Shown here one piece after another: positions 1 to 13,210 of a stretch of 64,000 nt of DNA. The notes under the pieces were generated by a model. That model made no database searches and was not told where the DNA came from. It saw nothing but the letters and a program-made list of their open reading frames with translations. Source of the stretch: Eledone cirrhosa (Eukaryota); NCBI GenBank assembly GCA_964016885.1, contig OZ024752.1, positions 1,240,001 to 1,304,000 of the forward strand, given 5' to 3'. A program made the translations under genes and the position numbers. The stretch's first letter is position 1. The number at the start of each line of letters is the position of its first letter.

Positions 1-288
1 GAAATGCTCACGCCATCCACCACTACCGATCATTCTGAAATGCTCACGCCATCCACCACTACCGATCATTCTGAAATGCTCACGCCATCCACCACTACCG
101 ATCATTCTGAAATGCTCACGCCATCCACCACTACCGATCATTCTGAAATGCTCACGCCATCCACCACTACCGATCATTCTGAAATGCTCACGTCATCCAC
201 CACTACCGATCATTCTGAAATGCTCACGTCATCCACCACTACCGATCATTCTGAAATGCTCACGTCATCCACCACTACCGATCATTCT
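1..288. repeat. 36-bp tandem minisatellite (~8 copies, cut by window start)
   Basis: Unit GAAATGCTCACGYCATCCACCACTACCGATCATTCT repeated directly; explains the 4..315 ORF. Confidence 0.95.
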
Positions 289-317
289 AATATAAATAAA
301 AGAAGCACTATCTAGAA

Positions 318-958
318 CAGGCATGGGCAACCTTTTTCGAGAAAAAGGCCGCATGAGATATGGCTCATCATCAGGCGGGCCGCATGAGATATGGCTCATC
401 ATCAGGCGGGCCGCATGAGATATGGCTCATCATCAGGCGGGCCGCATGGGATATGGCTCATCATCAGGTGGTCCACATGAGATATGGCTCATCATCAGGT
501 GGGCCGCATGAGATATGGCTCATCATCAGGCGGGCCGCATGGGATATGGCTCATCATCAGGTGGGCCGCATGAGATATGGCTCATCATCAGGCGGGCCGC
601 ATGGGATATGGCTCATCATCAGGCGGGCCGCATGAGATATGGCTCATCATCAGGCGGGCCGCATGAGATATGGCTCATCATCAGGTGGGCCGCATGAGAT
701 ATGGCTCATCATCAGGTGGGCCGCATGAGATATGGCTCATCATCAGGCGGGCCGCAAGCGCTAATTTACATTCGCGCCCACATTAATGTTTTGATTTGTT
801 TCATCAGAATTTGTAGACGTTGTTTTCCTCGATCGTAAAAATTATAGAAAGATAAATTACGACTGAAAAGTTGAGGTAAACAACTCAGAAAGATTTCACT
901 TAGGTGACTTAGGTGAGCCATTCAGAAAGCTTCGTGGGCCACAGGTTGCCCATGACTG
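318..958. mobile_element. Non-autonomous hAT (Charlie-like) MITE
   Basis: TIRs CAGGCATGGGCAACCT (318) and AGGTTGCCCATGACTG (943-958), 15/16 match; 8-bp TSD ATCTAGAA/ATCTATAA resembles the Charlie nTCTAGAn target. Confidence 0.85.
348..755. repeat. 31-bp tandem repeat (~13 copies) inside the hAT MITE
   Basis: Unit CCGCATGAGATATGGCTCATCATCAGGYGGG. Confidence 0.95.
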
Positions 959-3900
959 ATCTATAACGTAAATCAGATATTAAGTCTAGTTGTTCTTTCC
1001 GACTCCTACCGTCTTACGAAATCTCTCTGTTAATAACGAATCTTTCATCCATACTGAATTAATTCATAGTTTCTTATCCTTTGTGGTTAACCTATAATAC
1101 GGCGAGAAATGTTTCTTTATTTCTTTCACTGTAATGAAAATTCTAATATACAAAAAGGACTAGAATTCTTAATGATAATTAATATATATGTATCTTTTCC
1201 CATGTTTGGTGTTACCTTCGGCTTATTTCACATAAATTTAAGGACGTATGTATATCATCTAGCATGAATAATTCTGATAGTTATGTGGTGATTCTCAATG
1301 AGAGTAATATTTAAAGCTAAAGATCATTCTTTTCAATGAAATCTATTAATGAGAAACCATTGAAATTACATTTGTGACTTTTGATCCAAAGAATCTTATA
1401 ATGTTTCTTACTAGTCTTCAACCTTACTTCTTTTGAAGAAAGTTATAGATGGAATTTGCTGTTAAAAAGGTTTACATATATGCTTTCGCATATCATCTCA
1501 ATTCTTTGTGAAGCAAACTCACTTTTGAACTATTTACGACTTCCTACTCCTCCCCCTGACAAGTTTGTATCTTTGCTGCTTACTAACCATGCATATAAAT
1601 TCACTTTCTATCCATAAAAATGAAGAATAAAAACACTGTTAGTTGTGGAAAACAAATCAATAATCCTATTAACTTATATGGTTAGATCGATGCTGGCAGA
1701 AAGTGAGCAGCGCATGCTTTAGAACAGGATAGTAGGATTATTAAAAATAAGTGTTACCATGGTGAATATGTAGAAAATCCGAAATCATCTCCAAATAAAT
1801 GCACATAGAAAGAAATTGTGATAAGAGAATTAACACCAACAAAATTATATTATGATAACAACGCTAATAATACATTGTCACTCGTCACCCAGTTTTAACC
1901 AAGAAAGATTACGTTTACATACATATCTGGTCTGCAGAGTGAATATGCTAAAAATGATACCAGGAATATAAAAATCCTAATTGAAAAAAAGGAAGTCCAC
2001 TAGACAGAGCATTAGTATATTCTGTGAAATGGAAATGCACAAAAACATGGGTATAAAATAGCTCGTATTAAAATTATCATCCCTAGCAGATGATAATGTA
2101 TCTTTAAATGAAAGACCTAAAATATAAATGCCCGGAATGTGGAAAGGGGAAAGGTTAATCAATAAATATCATAATAGATATTTTGGAAAGGATTTAAGAA
2201 ATATATAATAGAATTTTTTGTCTCTTGATCCTCCACATATTCAGTAATAACATAACTATATAATTTCAGCGAAGTAGATGAAATCTTTGTAATGACTCTG
2301 CTCTGGGCAGTTAATATTTCCTTGGTTGATCGAAACACATGGAAATTTGAATAATGTACGTTAGCTAATGTTTAGTATATAAATAAAAAAAAATTACTAC
2401 CTGAATGGCTTATTTCAATGTGCACATGTGAATGTTCTCGCATCCCAGTTGCTAACTCACAAATGTTTGTGTAATCGAAAGGGTCACATTCCCCGTAGGT
2501 GTCCTGAAGAAATGCGTATGACAGCTATTGGCAACCACGGCTTGTAAATGATGAGCTGGTTGCAATGTTTTTAGATGTCGTTCCGTTCAGAGAGCCACCA
2601 TTGTAATTATAATCGTAAATCCTACTTTTATTGAAGTTACTACAAAAGAAAATAAAGTAAGGAAAGTTATTACTAAGAGCATTAGAAGAAATATTTCAAT
2701 AACTGGCGATAATTCATTATAACAATATCATCATAATCATCATCATCATAATCTTCATCGATTAGAAGGTAAAAATCACTCTCATGCATAATCGCTTACA
2801 TTGTACGTTACAGAATGTTTGCAAAAGAATGTCCTTCGTTATATGTGACAAAAATATAAGCTAAAGTTAAAAATACATATGATATGACAACAGCGAAATC
2901 TGCGTGTAAGAGTGTGTCTGCATGGAACTATATGGCTGTGTGTGTGTTGGTTACAGAGTATGGAGTATTTAATGTCATGGGTACGAGGCGGAAATGTCGA
3001 GTAATCATACCGCACTTCTGCCACCATTTCCATTCTTACATTATTGCAATAAGACAATTTGTTTCTTTCACAAAATATTTTCCGTGTGTAATTGTTGATT
3101 ACCGCTGTTGTTAGATTTCTCTACAATTCCTTATGTCTGGGAAGAAACCATCGTGTAGAAGGGAAGACGAAACCGTATTAAACCTGATGTTATAAAGGTA
3201 TTGATGGTGAAGAACTTGAATCGTTCAACAGGCAGGGTTACACAGAACTGCAGGTAGGGAACCAGCACATCAGACAGAGGACAGCGTACAACTAATAAAA
3301 TATTATTGGCAACAATGTACCTAGACATTGAAGATCTCGGTGCAACAGAACTTCTGATAAAGTCGGCAACAATGCAGATGGAACCTGTATGAACACTGGG
3401 GCAGCAAGACGTCTGATAGGGAATGGTTAGTCACAGCTTGCATTGTAGATTCTGATTAAATCATATTTATATTTCTCATCAGGAGTTAAGTGTGCTAAAA
3501 CAGGTTACCAGCTATGTAATCAGATGAACTAACGGTTCATCCAACCAGATTGACAGGGTATCTTTAAAGTTGACATACTAATATAAAAGAATATTTTTAT
3601 ATATAATATTTTTGGTTTAAAATTTTGATGGCAATTTGCTAATAGAATCTAAAAATATTCGGGTAGAATTCAGTTACGTGATTCGTATATATGGTTAATA
3701 TTGTGGTGTTCTTATTTGTATATTGATGGATACTTCTAGAGTTATAATACTTTCGATTATTATGGTGTAGTGGTACATTGTAATTTACCTTGTCTTTCAA
3801 TTTATATAATCAAATGAAATGTTTGAGTGTTTGTATTTCATCTGTGTTTGAGCTTAAATAAAATTGTATATAATGAAAAAAAAAAAAAAATAAAGCAAAA

Positions 3901-4011
3901 AGGAAAAAAAAAACAAAAAAACTATGTCAGACATTCAAACATTACAATGAAACAAATTTTTTTTTTTTAGTTTTTATCTATTTATTTGTTTATTTATTTA
4001 TGTTTGTCTAC

Positions 4012-7000
4012 AGCGTGATAGTGCCACGCTAAAATCACCGGTGGTTATGTGACCATACATTCACCAATCCTCGATATGAGTGTTTAAATGTCGAACCTAA
4101 ACAGTTCGAATAACGGTGAAAGACTCTCACCCAGCAAGTACTCCCTGGCCCAGCAGCAGGGACCTGGCTCTCATCCAAATACTGCCGGTGCTGGAGGAAG
4201 AAGAAGAAGGAAAGAGACAAGAACCAACTGGACGAAAGAATTGAATAGAACTGTCATGAAATGTTAGCCAAAGAGTAACCCCATGAAAGAAGCCTATAGG
4301 AAACGGATGCATAACATCTGGAACGAGATTGGTCAATTTAAATTAGATGAACAAAAATTGGCCGGGCAGGCTCGGGTAATAAGAACTAATGGGTGGATAA
4401 GCGAGTTGGAACTGAGCAGAGCGATTAAGTTGGAAATGGAGAGTGGAGTATGTCAGGCAAACGAGCCAGAGAGAAATGAAGGTGAAGAGGTTGAGAGACC
4501 TGAGGGAGCATCCGAAGCTGAAAATGATCTGAATGCTGAAATAAATAACATCTGAAACAAAGATACGGCCATTGAGGAAATAAATGATGACGGGCTAGGA
4601 GAAGATTTGGTTGATATCCTGAACTTAGTGGTAGATGAAATTAACACTGATAGTGGAAAACCTATGACCTAAGATTTGTAGACAGGAAAAAGTTAAAAGA
4701 AACAACAGCTAAGGTAAACAAAGTCATCCCATACTTTGAGGCGAGGAACCTTCACCAATGCAAGAATCTCCTCAAAGCAACGGCAAATGCGGTGAGGAAA
4801 TTACTTGGCATAAAAACGAGATGAATCAACAAACAAGAAAGATCAGAACTTTGGTGGAAGAAACAACTGAATGGTCAAATCATGGAAATGAAAAAAGACA
4901 TGGGAAAAGTTGAGTCCTTACTGAATGGGACATTACAAAATATAGACACTAAGATAGATTGGAAATAAAGTACAAAATTAGGGGTGAAAAGTTAAGTATT
5001 ATCATAGAGGAACTGAAGCAACGTATTGTAATAAAAAGTGCAAAGATTAGGCGGTATGAGAGCAGAGTCAGTCAGTATAGGCAGAACCGCATGTTTGACA
5101 ACAACCAGAAGATGTTGTTTGGAGAGCTTGAAGGGAAAGAAAGAGGCAACGACTTGATCCCTGAGGCGGAACAGACTAAGACATTCTGGAGAGGAATATG
5201 GGCGCAGGATGTTGAACATAATAGTCAGGCAGTGTGGATTGAGACAGTTCAAAAGGATATTAGTGAACAAGCACACCAAAAACCTGATTTGAGTATCACA
5301 GTTGAAACTCTTAAAGGGCAGGCCAAAAAACTAACTAACTGGAAATCACCAGACCCAGATGGTGTGCAAGGGTATTGGATTAAAAATATAACATCCCGCC
5401 AACCGAAATTGACAACCAGGTTCAATGACTGTTTGATGTCGGGTGAGGTACCAAAGTGGTTGACAAAACGTACCACAGTTCTGGTAATGAAAGACGAAAT
5501 CAAGGGTAACGATGTTACCAACTATAGACCTATCACATGTGGAAACTGTTAACAATTGTGTCTGATGAAATCTACCATCACCTCCACATAAACAACGTGT
5601 TACCGGACGAACAGAAAGGATGCCGAAAGAAGTCCCGTGGTATAAAATACCAGTTACTTATTGATAAGATGGTAATGAGGAATTGCAACAGGAGACACAC
5701 AGGTCTTGCCATCGGATGGATAGATTACAAAAAGGAATTCGACATGGTACCTCATTCTTGGATAACCAAAAGCCTAGAGATCTTCAAGGTGGCAGATAAC
5801 ATAAGACAGTTGTTGAGCAAAAGTATGAAGTCCTGGGAAACAGAGTTAACATCTGGTGGAGAATCCTTGGGAGGCGTGAAGATCAAGAGAGCTGACCGTC
5901 AACCACTTCCTCTTCATGGACGTTCTTAAACTATTTGGGAGTGAGAAGGTGTTAGATGTACTTGTTGACACTGTCCGTATTTTCAGCAATGATATATGTA
6001 TGGAATTTGGCATTAATAAGTGTGGAGTCCTAGTGATGAAGGGTGTAAATTGAGCAAAAGCAAATGAATCGAGGTACCAACAGATGAGATGATAAAGGAA
6101 ATTGAAACTGAAGAATGATACAATAATTTAGGTGTTCTGAAGGCAAGTGACATCAAGAACAAAAAGTAATGAAGGAATTGATAAGATCTGAGTGCATAAG
6201 GAGAGTAAGGAGCGTATTAAAATCACATCTAAATAAGAGGAATGTCATAAGTGCATTGAATTCCCGAGCTGTGTCTACTATTACAGTGCGGGAATTCTGA
6301 AATGGAATGTTGCTGAACAAAAAGAAATGGAAAGGAAGAATAGGAAGCTATTGACTATCTACAACATGTTCCACAAGAGGAGTGTTGTCGATACACTCTA
6401 CTTAAAGAGATCTGAAGGTGGAAGAGGTCTTATCAGCATAGAGGACTGTGTTCAGATGGAGAAAACAACCTGCACAACTACGTGACTGACAGTAGGGAGC
6501 CAATGCTCAAAATTGTACTGAAGGAGAAGACAATAGACCAGGAGATATCCAATGAGGAAATAACAACAATGAGGAAGAGCAACCTTCATGAAAAATCCCT
6601 TCATAGCACCTTCTTTAAGAAAACTGAATTTAGAGATCCACTGATATGGAACTGGTTAAAAAGAGGAGACTTTATAAAAGCTACAGAAGGAATGCTAAAG
6701 GCTGCGCAGGAGCAGGCCTCAGAACAAAGTGGGCGAAATACCATATTTACAAGGAGGGGACTAGCTCACTGTGAGAGGAGACTGTGGCCCACATTGTATC
6801 CGAGTGTAAACACCTAGCCCAGACTCACTATAAAGGCTGGAGACATGACGTGATAGGCAGGGTGATCCATTGGCATCTATGCAAACTAAACAATTTACCA
6901 CATTCTGAGAAGTGGTATGAGCATAAGCCAGGGTCGGTGATAGAAAACGAACAGGTGAAGGTGTTATGGGATTTCGGGATACAGACGGACAAGAAATTAG

Positions 7001-7432
7001 AACACAATAGGCCTGACATGGTGGTTTTGGACAAGGAAAACATATTGTGCCTGATTGTAGATGTAGCCTGCCCATTTGACACGAGAGTGCAAGAAAAGGA
7101 GAGGGAGAAAATTAACCAATACCAGGACTTAAAGTGGGAGTTAAACAGGATTTGGAACTGCCATGAAATCAAGTTCGTCCCGATTGTCATAGGCGCACTA
7201 GGTACTATCTCAAAGAGTTTCAAAGGATGGTTAAAGCAAATTAGTCCAGCACCGCTTTTTTGAACACGTCAAAAGGCATTCTTGCTGTGAACAGCAAGAA
7301 CCCTCCGATACGTCCTGGATATCCGAGGCAGCAGGTAGCGGCTTGATATTCATTCCAACAAACTTTCCAGTTAAATAACATCAATGACTGAGACTCAAAG
7401 AGCAACAACAATAATAATAATAATGATAATAA
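4012..7432 (+). mobile_element. Decayed R4/Dong-type non-LTR retrotransposon (RT + restriction-like endonuclease), near full length
   Basis: Broken ORFs with NWKSPDPDGVQGYW, NYRPIT, EQKGC, IDYKK.FD.VPHSW, HIVSEC..RHD, RPDMVV, Y.DL..EL, VPIVIGALG; ends in (CAA)/(TAA)n tail. Confidence 0.9.
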
Positions 7433-7434
7433 TA

Positions 7435-7473
<39 letters not shown>

Positions 7474-8673
7474 AATGTAATTATATATGTGTATGCTTCA
7501 GGTTTTGTGAGAGTGGGTTCTCTGCCTATATATATATAACTCTCGGAATCTCATGCAGCGCTCTATATGCACACATTTCCTGTCACAAAACATGTTCAAT
7601 CACTCGTTGCGAAAACATAATTATTCAATTTGCAAACTTTTTCGTTTAATTTATTTTCAACTTGAATGTGTTATATGCTGTATAATTTATTACCGGCCAT
7701 AAAGCTAATAATGAAATAGAAATCCTAAAAATATAACATATGGCATGTAACCAATTAAGACTTTATCGACATGTTGTAATTCAGAGTAAGATAATGCTTT
7801 AATGTTAACGAGAGTGATGGTGAGAAGTTTAGTTGTTAATGCTTCGAAGTCACTATCGTAAGGTCGAGAGTTCAATTTTCTGAATACGTTGCTACTCTGT
7901 ATTCTTGAACAGAATGATTTCGTTTCACCTTTTGCGCTGTGACTGTGGATCCCACTCATTAAAACACCCGGGAAACCTCTCGTGATGTACAAACACGTAG
8001 GAAGTCAAGTACCCCTACATATGTATCAGCTCTAAATTTAATTTGATTATTTTCCTCTACAAATTAAAAATTCATATAAAATTAGTTAACGGAGCCGAAT
8101 ATGAAAATACCAAAATAATATTTGTTTAATATCCTCTATATAAATTAAACTTGAACTCGAGAGATGTTGGATAATATGAATATAATATTCTCATGTAAAT
8201 TTTCACCTGGAGTTCAAAGTAAATTAATTTAAACATCAATACGATGACTAATATTTAAATATTTATTTGAATATAAATAGCATGTTTGTATATAAATTGC
8301 ACATAAGGGTTGTAAATTGGCATAATTGGTAGAAATTCTAATGTAATTTAATTTTGGTATTGGTTCTATCTCTTTACATTCAGAGTTGAAAAGCCTTTCC
8401 TTCTTTCAAAACGGATGACAGAATACCAGTAAAGTCCTCTGGTCGAGATAATCAGCATTGCTCTTCCCACAATTTAGTTCAGCTGTGATTAAATTAGAGG
8501 AAAATATTTATCCCATATCAGAAAACATTTTATTATCTGAATTATTTATAATTCTCTCTTATGTACATGACAACAATCCACAAAATAAACACACGCTTAC
8601 ACACTCACACCCACGTACGCACGCAGTCAGACTCATTCACAGAATCACAGACACAGAAACACATATACATACG

Positions 8674-8847
<174 letters not shown>

Positions 8848-9104
8848 AATATATAATTATAGTCGAGTAACCCACTATTATATTTGGTAAGGTAGGTAAA
8901 GCTCAATGCCTAATTAATTATATTCTGCATTAAGTACCCCCCCATATATATATATATATAATGAGAAAATGTGAAGTAGTTTCAGATTAAACTTCTTCGC
9001 GTTTTCTTATTTTATATATACTACGTCATTCCCATGTGGAAATAGTACGTTGAGTGCTTGAATTGAATTGCATCAATATTTGCCGTAAGTATATATATAT
9101 ATAC

Positions 9105-9851
9105 GTAAGAGTTTAAACAAGGGCAGATCATTTAGAAATTATTTAGAAAAAGGTTGTTATTTTTTAATTAGAAGGTAACATCAAGGGAGGTAACTCTTGA
9201 ATGACCACAGTCAAGCTTGAATAAGAATACAAGACAATTTTTTCTAGCTGACTCTAAGAATCCAATTTCCCTGATATACAAAATAGTCAGTAAATCAAAG
9301 TATACTTTGATTTACTGACTATTTTGACAGGTCTAAGCCATTTACTCAAAATATACTTCTTCTCAGGGAGATAACCGCCAAAGCAATCAAGCCGTGTGTT
9401 GAGGCAGTGTTTATCTGAAGCTAGTTGGGAGAGTATATACCATTTTTCAGAATTACAAAGTCAACAAAATTTCGACCTATTCACGTAGGCGGTAGAACTT
9501 TCTAAAATCCTCCATTTGATGGAAAAAGGCATGCCGTTATTCTTAAGGCTCCATACCTGATTTGCGAGCTGGTATGGAGCCTTAAGAACAATGACACACC
9601 AGGAGTAGAAGTATATTTTGAGTAAATGGCTTAGACCTGACTAACAGATCTAGAGTTACTATGATTTACTGAATATTTTGTATATCAGGGAAATTGGATT
9701 CTTTGAGTCAACTAGAAAAAAAATCCTTTTTCTTCTACTTTTAGTCAAGCTTGACTGTGGTGTCTCTAAGACTTACCTCCCTTGATCGTACCTTCTAAAT
9801 AAAAAAAAACAAACTTTTTTCTAAATTACCTGCCTTTGTTTAAACTCTTAC
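9105..9851. mobile_element. Fold-back/MITE-like element with ~260-bp diverged terminal inverted repeats
   Basis: GTAAGAGTTTAAACAA at left and TTGTTTAAACTCTTAC at right; arms align in reverse complement over ~9105-9365 and 9600-9851; TA-rich flanks. Confidence 0.75.
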
Positions 9852-10210
9852 TATATATTCCTAAAAAGAAAGCACAATCAAACCTAAGCGGCCTTCTTTA
9901 TTTTTATTCTTCTTATGACAGACTGAATGAACCCAACGAAACTTAAGAACCTGTTTATGTCACAGTTGTAATTATATGTATATATGGGATAACACATTTT
10001 CGTTATAGATAATCCAGTTAGAGGTTGTGAGTACTCCGTATTGTGGATAGTTGATTAGGCATATATTGTATTTAAGGTTGAGTGACTCAACTTCAAGTGA
10101 TTAGCTATTTTTAGACACCCTAATCAATGAAATGATTGTTAATACTGTAATTAAATCCCTTTTTGTACTGTTGACCATGTTATTCTTCACTCTTGCACTA
10201 TATATATATA

Positions 10211-10408
10211 TAGGAACAAGTGTGACCCCGACGACAGAGCTCAAGCCGCTTCGACGGCTATTTCTGGACGAGTCCAGAAATAGCCGTCGAAACGCATTGA
10301 GCTCTGCCGTCGGGGTCGTACTTTTTCCTATTTCCCACTCTACTACCATAACTATTGAGTACTCTAGTGCGTTATGGTCTATCTGGTTCCTTACCACAAT
10401 TCCTTTGT

Positions 10409-10420
<12 letters not shown>
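10211..10420 (+). mobile_element. Palindromic (TA)n-flanked element, family B, with 3' half of a hammerhead
   Basis: Palindrome 10211-10330, then unique tail, then (TA)n; GAAA-CGCA-ttgagctc-TGCC-GTC-ggggtc; homologous to 48963-49133 and 24165-24276. Confidence 0.75.
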
Positions 10421-10453
<33 letters not shown>

Positions 10454-10554
10454 CGAAGGAGATGCGGTAAGGGACCAGATGGACCATAACTTCTGCAGTC
10501 ATTTTATGTTTCTCGCCTACTTTTGACAGCTCCTCAAATTTATGCCGTCGAGCA

Positions 10555-11200
10555 ATGCCAGAACAACGAACCAACATGAAATTTCTCGACTGGGGACAAC
10601 ACAATCAGAAACACTCTAAATACTGCAATAAGTGTTCGGAGATGAGTCGATGTCACGCTCACGTGGTTTCTAGTGGCACAAAAAGTGACACAATGACGAT
10701 CCCTGGAGCAGAAGATCTTCAGCAGGCAGAACTGAGACCAACCTTGAGCGCAAGAGGCAAGTGGTTCGTGACTGTAGTTGACTGCCTGTTCGACTGATCG
10801 AAAGTGACCTGGGCATGAAACAGGACAGCGTTTGGAATATTATAATCGAGAATTTAAGCGTGCGCAAGATGTGCGCCAAGATGGGCGAACATGGGGCGAA
10901 GATGTTGAACGATAACCAGATGATCTCTGCATGTAGATGTGTCAGGACATCGTCGAGCGCCTTGAAGCCGGCTTGCTGGGGAGAGCCATCACCGGTTATA
11001 AGTCATTGATATTCGAGTAAGACCTGGGGACCAAAGGCAAGAGTCATCAGAAGGTCTGCAAGGACGGAGCTGTGGATAAACCCGGAATAATCCTTACAGT
11101 ATTACATGGGAACGTGACGGAGAAGGATGGGAAAGTGCGTTAAACCCGACGAATATTATTTCGAAGATGAAGCCATATAGATTGTAGTTTGAAATTGAAA
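10555..11200 (+). pseudogene. Tc1/mariner transposase remnant
   Basis: MPEQRTNMKFL (mariner N-terminal HTH start), SVWNIIIENLSVRKMCAKM, and degenerate ITGDESWIFEYDPETK-like motif, with frameshifts. Confidence 0.75.
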
Positions 11201-11251
11201 TATCTCTTTTGCAACTTCATTCGTTTTTCTCTTCTGACACAACTTGTAAGT

Positions 11252-11298
<47 letters not shown>

Positions 11299-12462
11299 TA
11301 GATAGATATATAGATATATATACACATACGCACAGGCATACCAATATACACACACACATATATATATAAGATGGGTAGGCAGATACATTGATATATGGAT
11401 AAGTGTAGTTTGTTTTATGTTATACTATGTGCATAGAAAATATGGAAACGTAAGATAAAGCTTGAACCATGAGAAAATATATTAATAATATGCATATTTG
11501 TTATCTTGTATCATGTGTATATTGAATACGTAGCATTTATACATTTCTATGTAAATGTGTATATTTATTCAGAAAGAAGTTTCGTGTATCAATGCAAGTA
11601 CCAATCACATTTACGCTATATCTCAAACACCTCTCGTTTGATCGAATTCGTCTCTTCCCATTTAACCATGCATTTCTGCTTCAAGAATATTTAAAAATAT
11701 AGATCAACTTTTTGGCTAAAATTTACTATGGTATCTATGCTTTGGATTATGCTTCCACGTTTAAATACAGGTTGTGTGTATTTATCTTTGTATCTCTTTG
11801 ATATGAATTCTCCATCCCTTGCGAATATATGCACATTAAATTTGCATGACATTTGCGCAGTTTTATGCTTAAATGCATATATTTGTGTATTTATGAAATA
11901 TCCCCTTCTAACCAATATTTTTGTATTACACATATGTTATATCGCATACGAAAACAATAACAAAATATTGTAAGCTATCACTAAATATAATTCTGGTATG
12001 AGGCCATTACTTGTATGGAATATTAAATGCACCCATCCGCAAATTAATATATATTTCCACCTGAATGAATCATTTTGACAAACTTTAATCTTTTTTGTTC
12101 CAGTGATGCACAAAAATCACAATTTCTGAATGTTCCCAGCAGAAATGATATGATGAAAATAAAAACCGAGAGAAATAGGAAAAAAGAATCAATTGGAAAG
12201 TAATAATGAGGAATAGAATGTGTGAGTTTTGGTGTGTGTGAGGGTGTACATGTGTGGGTATCTGCACATGTGTGTCTGTATTTGTATGTGTGTGCGTGTG
12301 TGATTCAAATGCCGTGTTATAGTAGATTATTTAGTGAAATTTATATTTATTAAACAGTAAAAAATGAATACTTTTTTGAAAAGTTATATATAATTAAATG
12401 AACAACTTGTATGAATGAAACAGGCAGGCACACACACACACGCACACACACACATACACATG

Positions 12463-12569
<107 letters not shown>

Positions 12570-13105
12570 ATAGAATTCAAAATTGTTCGTTGCAAATTAA
12601 GAAGCAATGTAAATAAGAGCTAATGGTATATAAAGCAGATATTTATAATGGAAATCAAGCGTGTGTTTATAAATTATATCGCTTTGTGTTCGGCACGGCA
12701 TGAAATCAGTAGAAATGATCTTTTTCAATAGTTTATATTTTAGCTATGTAAACATACGTGACATATATCATACGTACATAATAGTGCTCTTTATATAGTA
12801 ATTGATATTATTACATTGATTGTATACGCATGTGTTTTTTATAATTACGATAACTACTATTTTTAAATATATTATTGGAATATTTTTTAAATGTCTATTT
12901 GGAAGAAATTTCAATAAAAATAGCCTATAGCATTCAAACAATTCATATCTCTCTCGTGTTATCAAAAGTCCTTGAAGCAATTATGAATTTCAATCATTTT
13001 GTCGCAGTTTTCAATTTTGGTTTGCACTGCATCTCTTAACATCTGAATACATCTACACATTTTTGATATGCAGAAGTTTCTGATGCGGTATGAATAATCT
13101 CTGCT

Positions 13106-13210
13106 GGAGTTAAGACGTTTTTAGCTCTAATTGATAAACATTTACCTCGCAACATATATTACAGTAAAATATTCAAACTGAATTCCGTGAAGATATCCTT
13201 TTCTTGCGGG
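13106..13210 (+). pseudogene. Penelope-like element coding remnant
   Basis: Manual translation GVKTFLALIDKHLPRNIYYSKIFKLNSVKISFSCG resembles the PLE post-RT motif FLxLIDKHFP..KIFNRNTVKISYSC. Confidence 0.7.

Noticed and set aside
1-755. Repetitive proteins from ORFs 4..315, 360..635 and 515..697
   Set aside because: They are read-throughs of tandem repeats, the latter two within a MITE.
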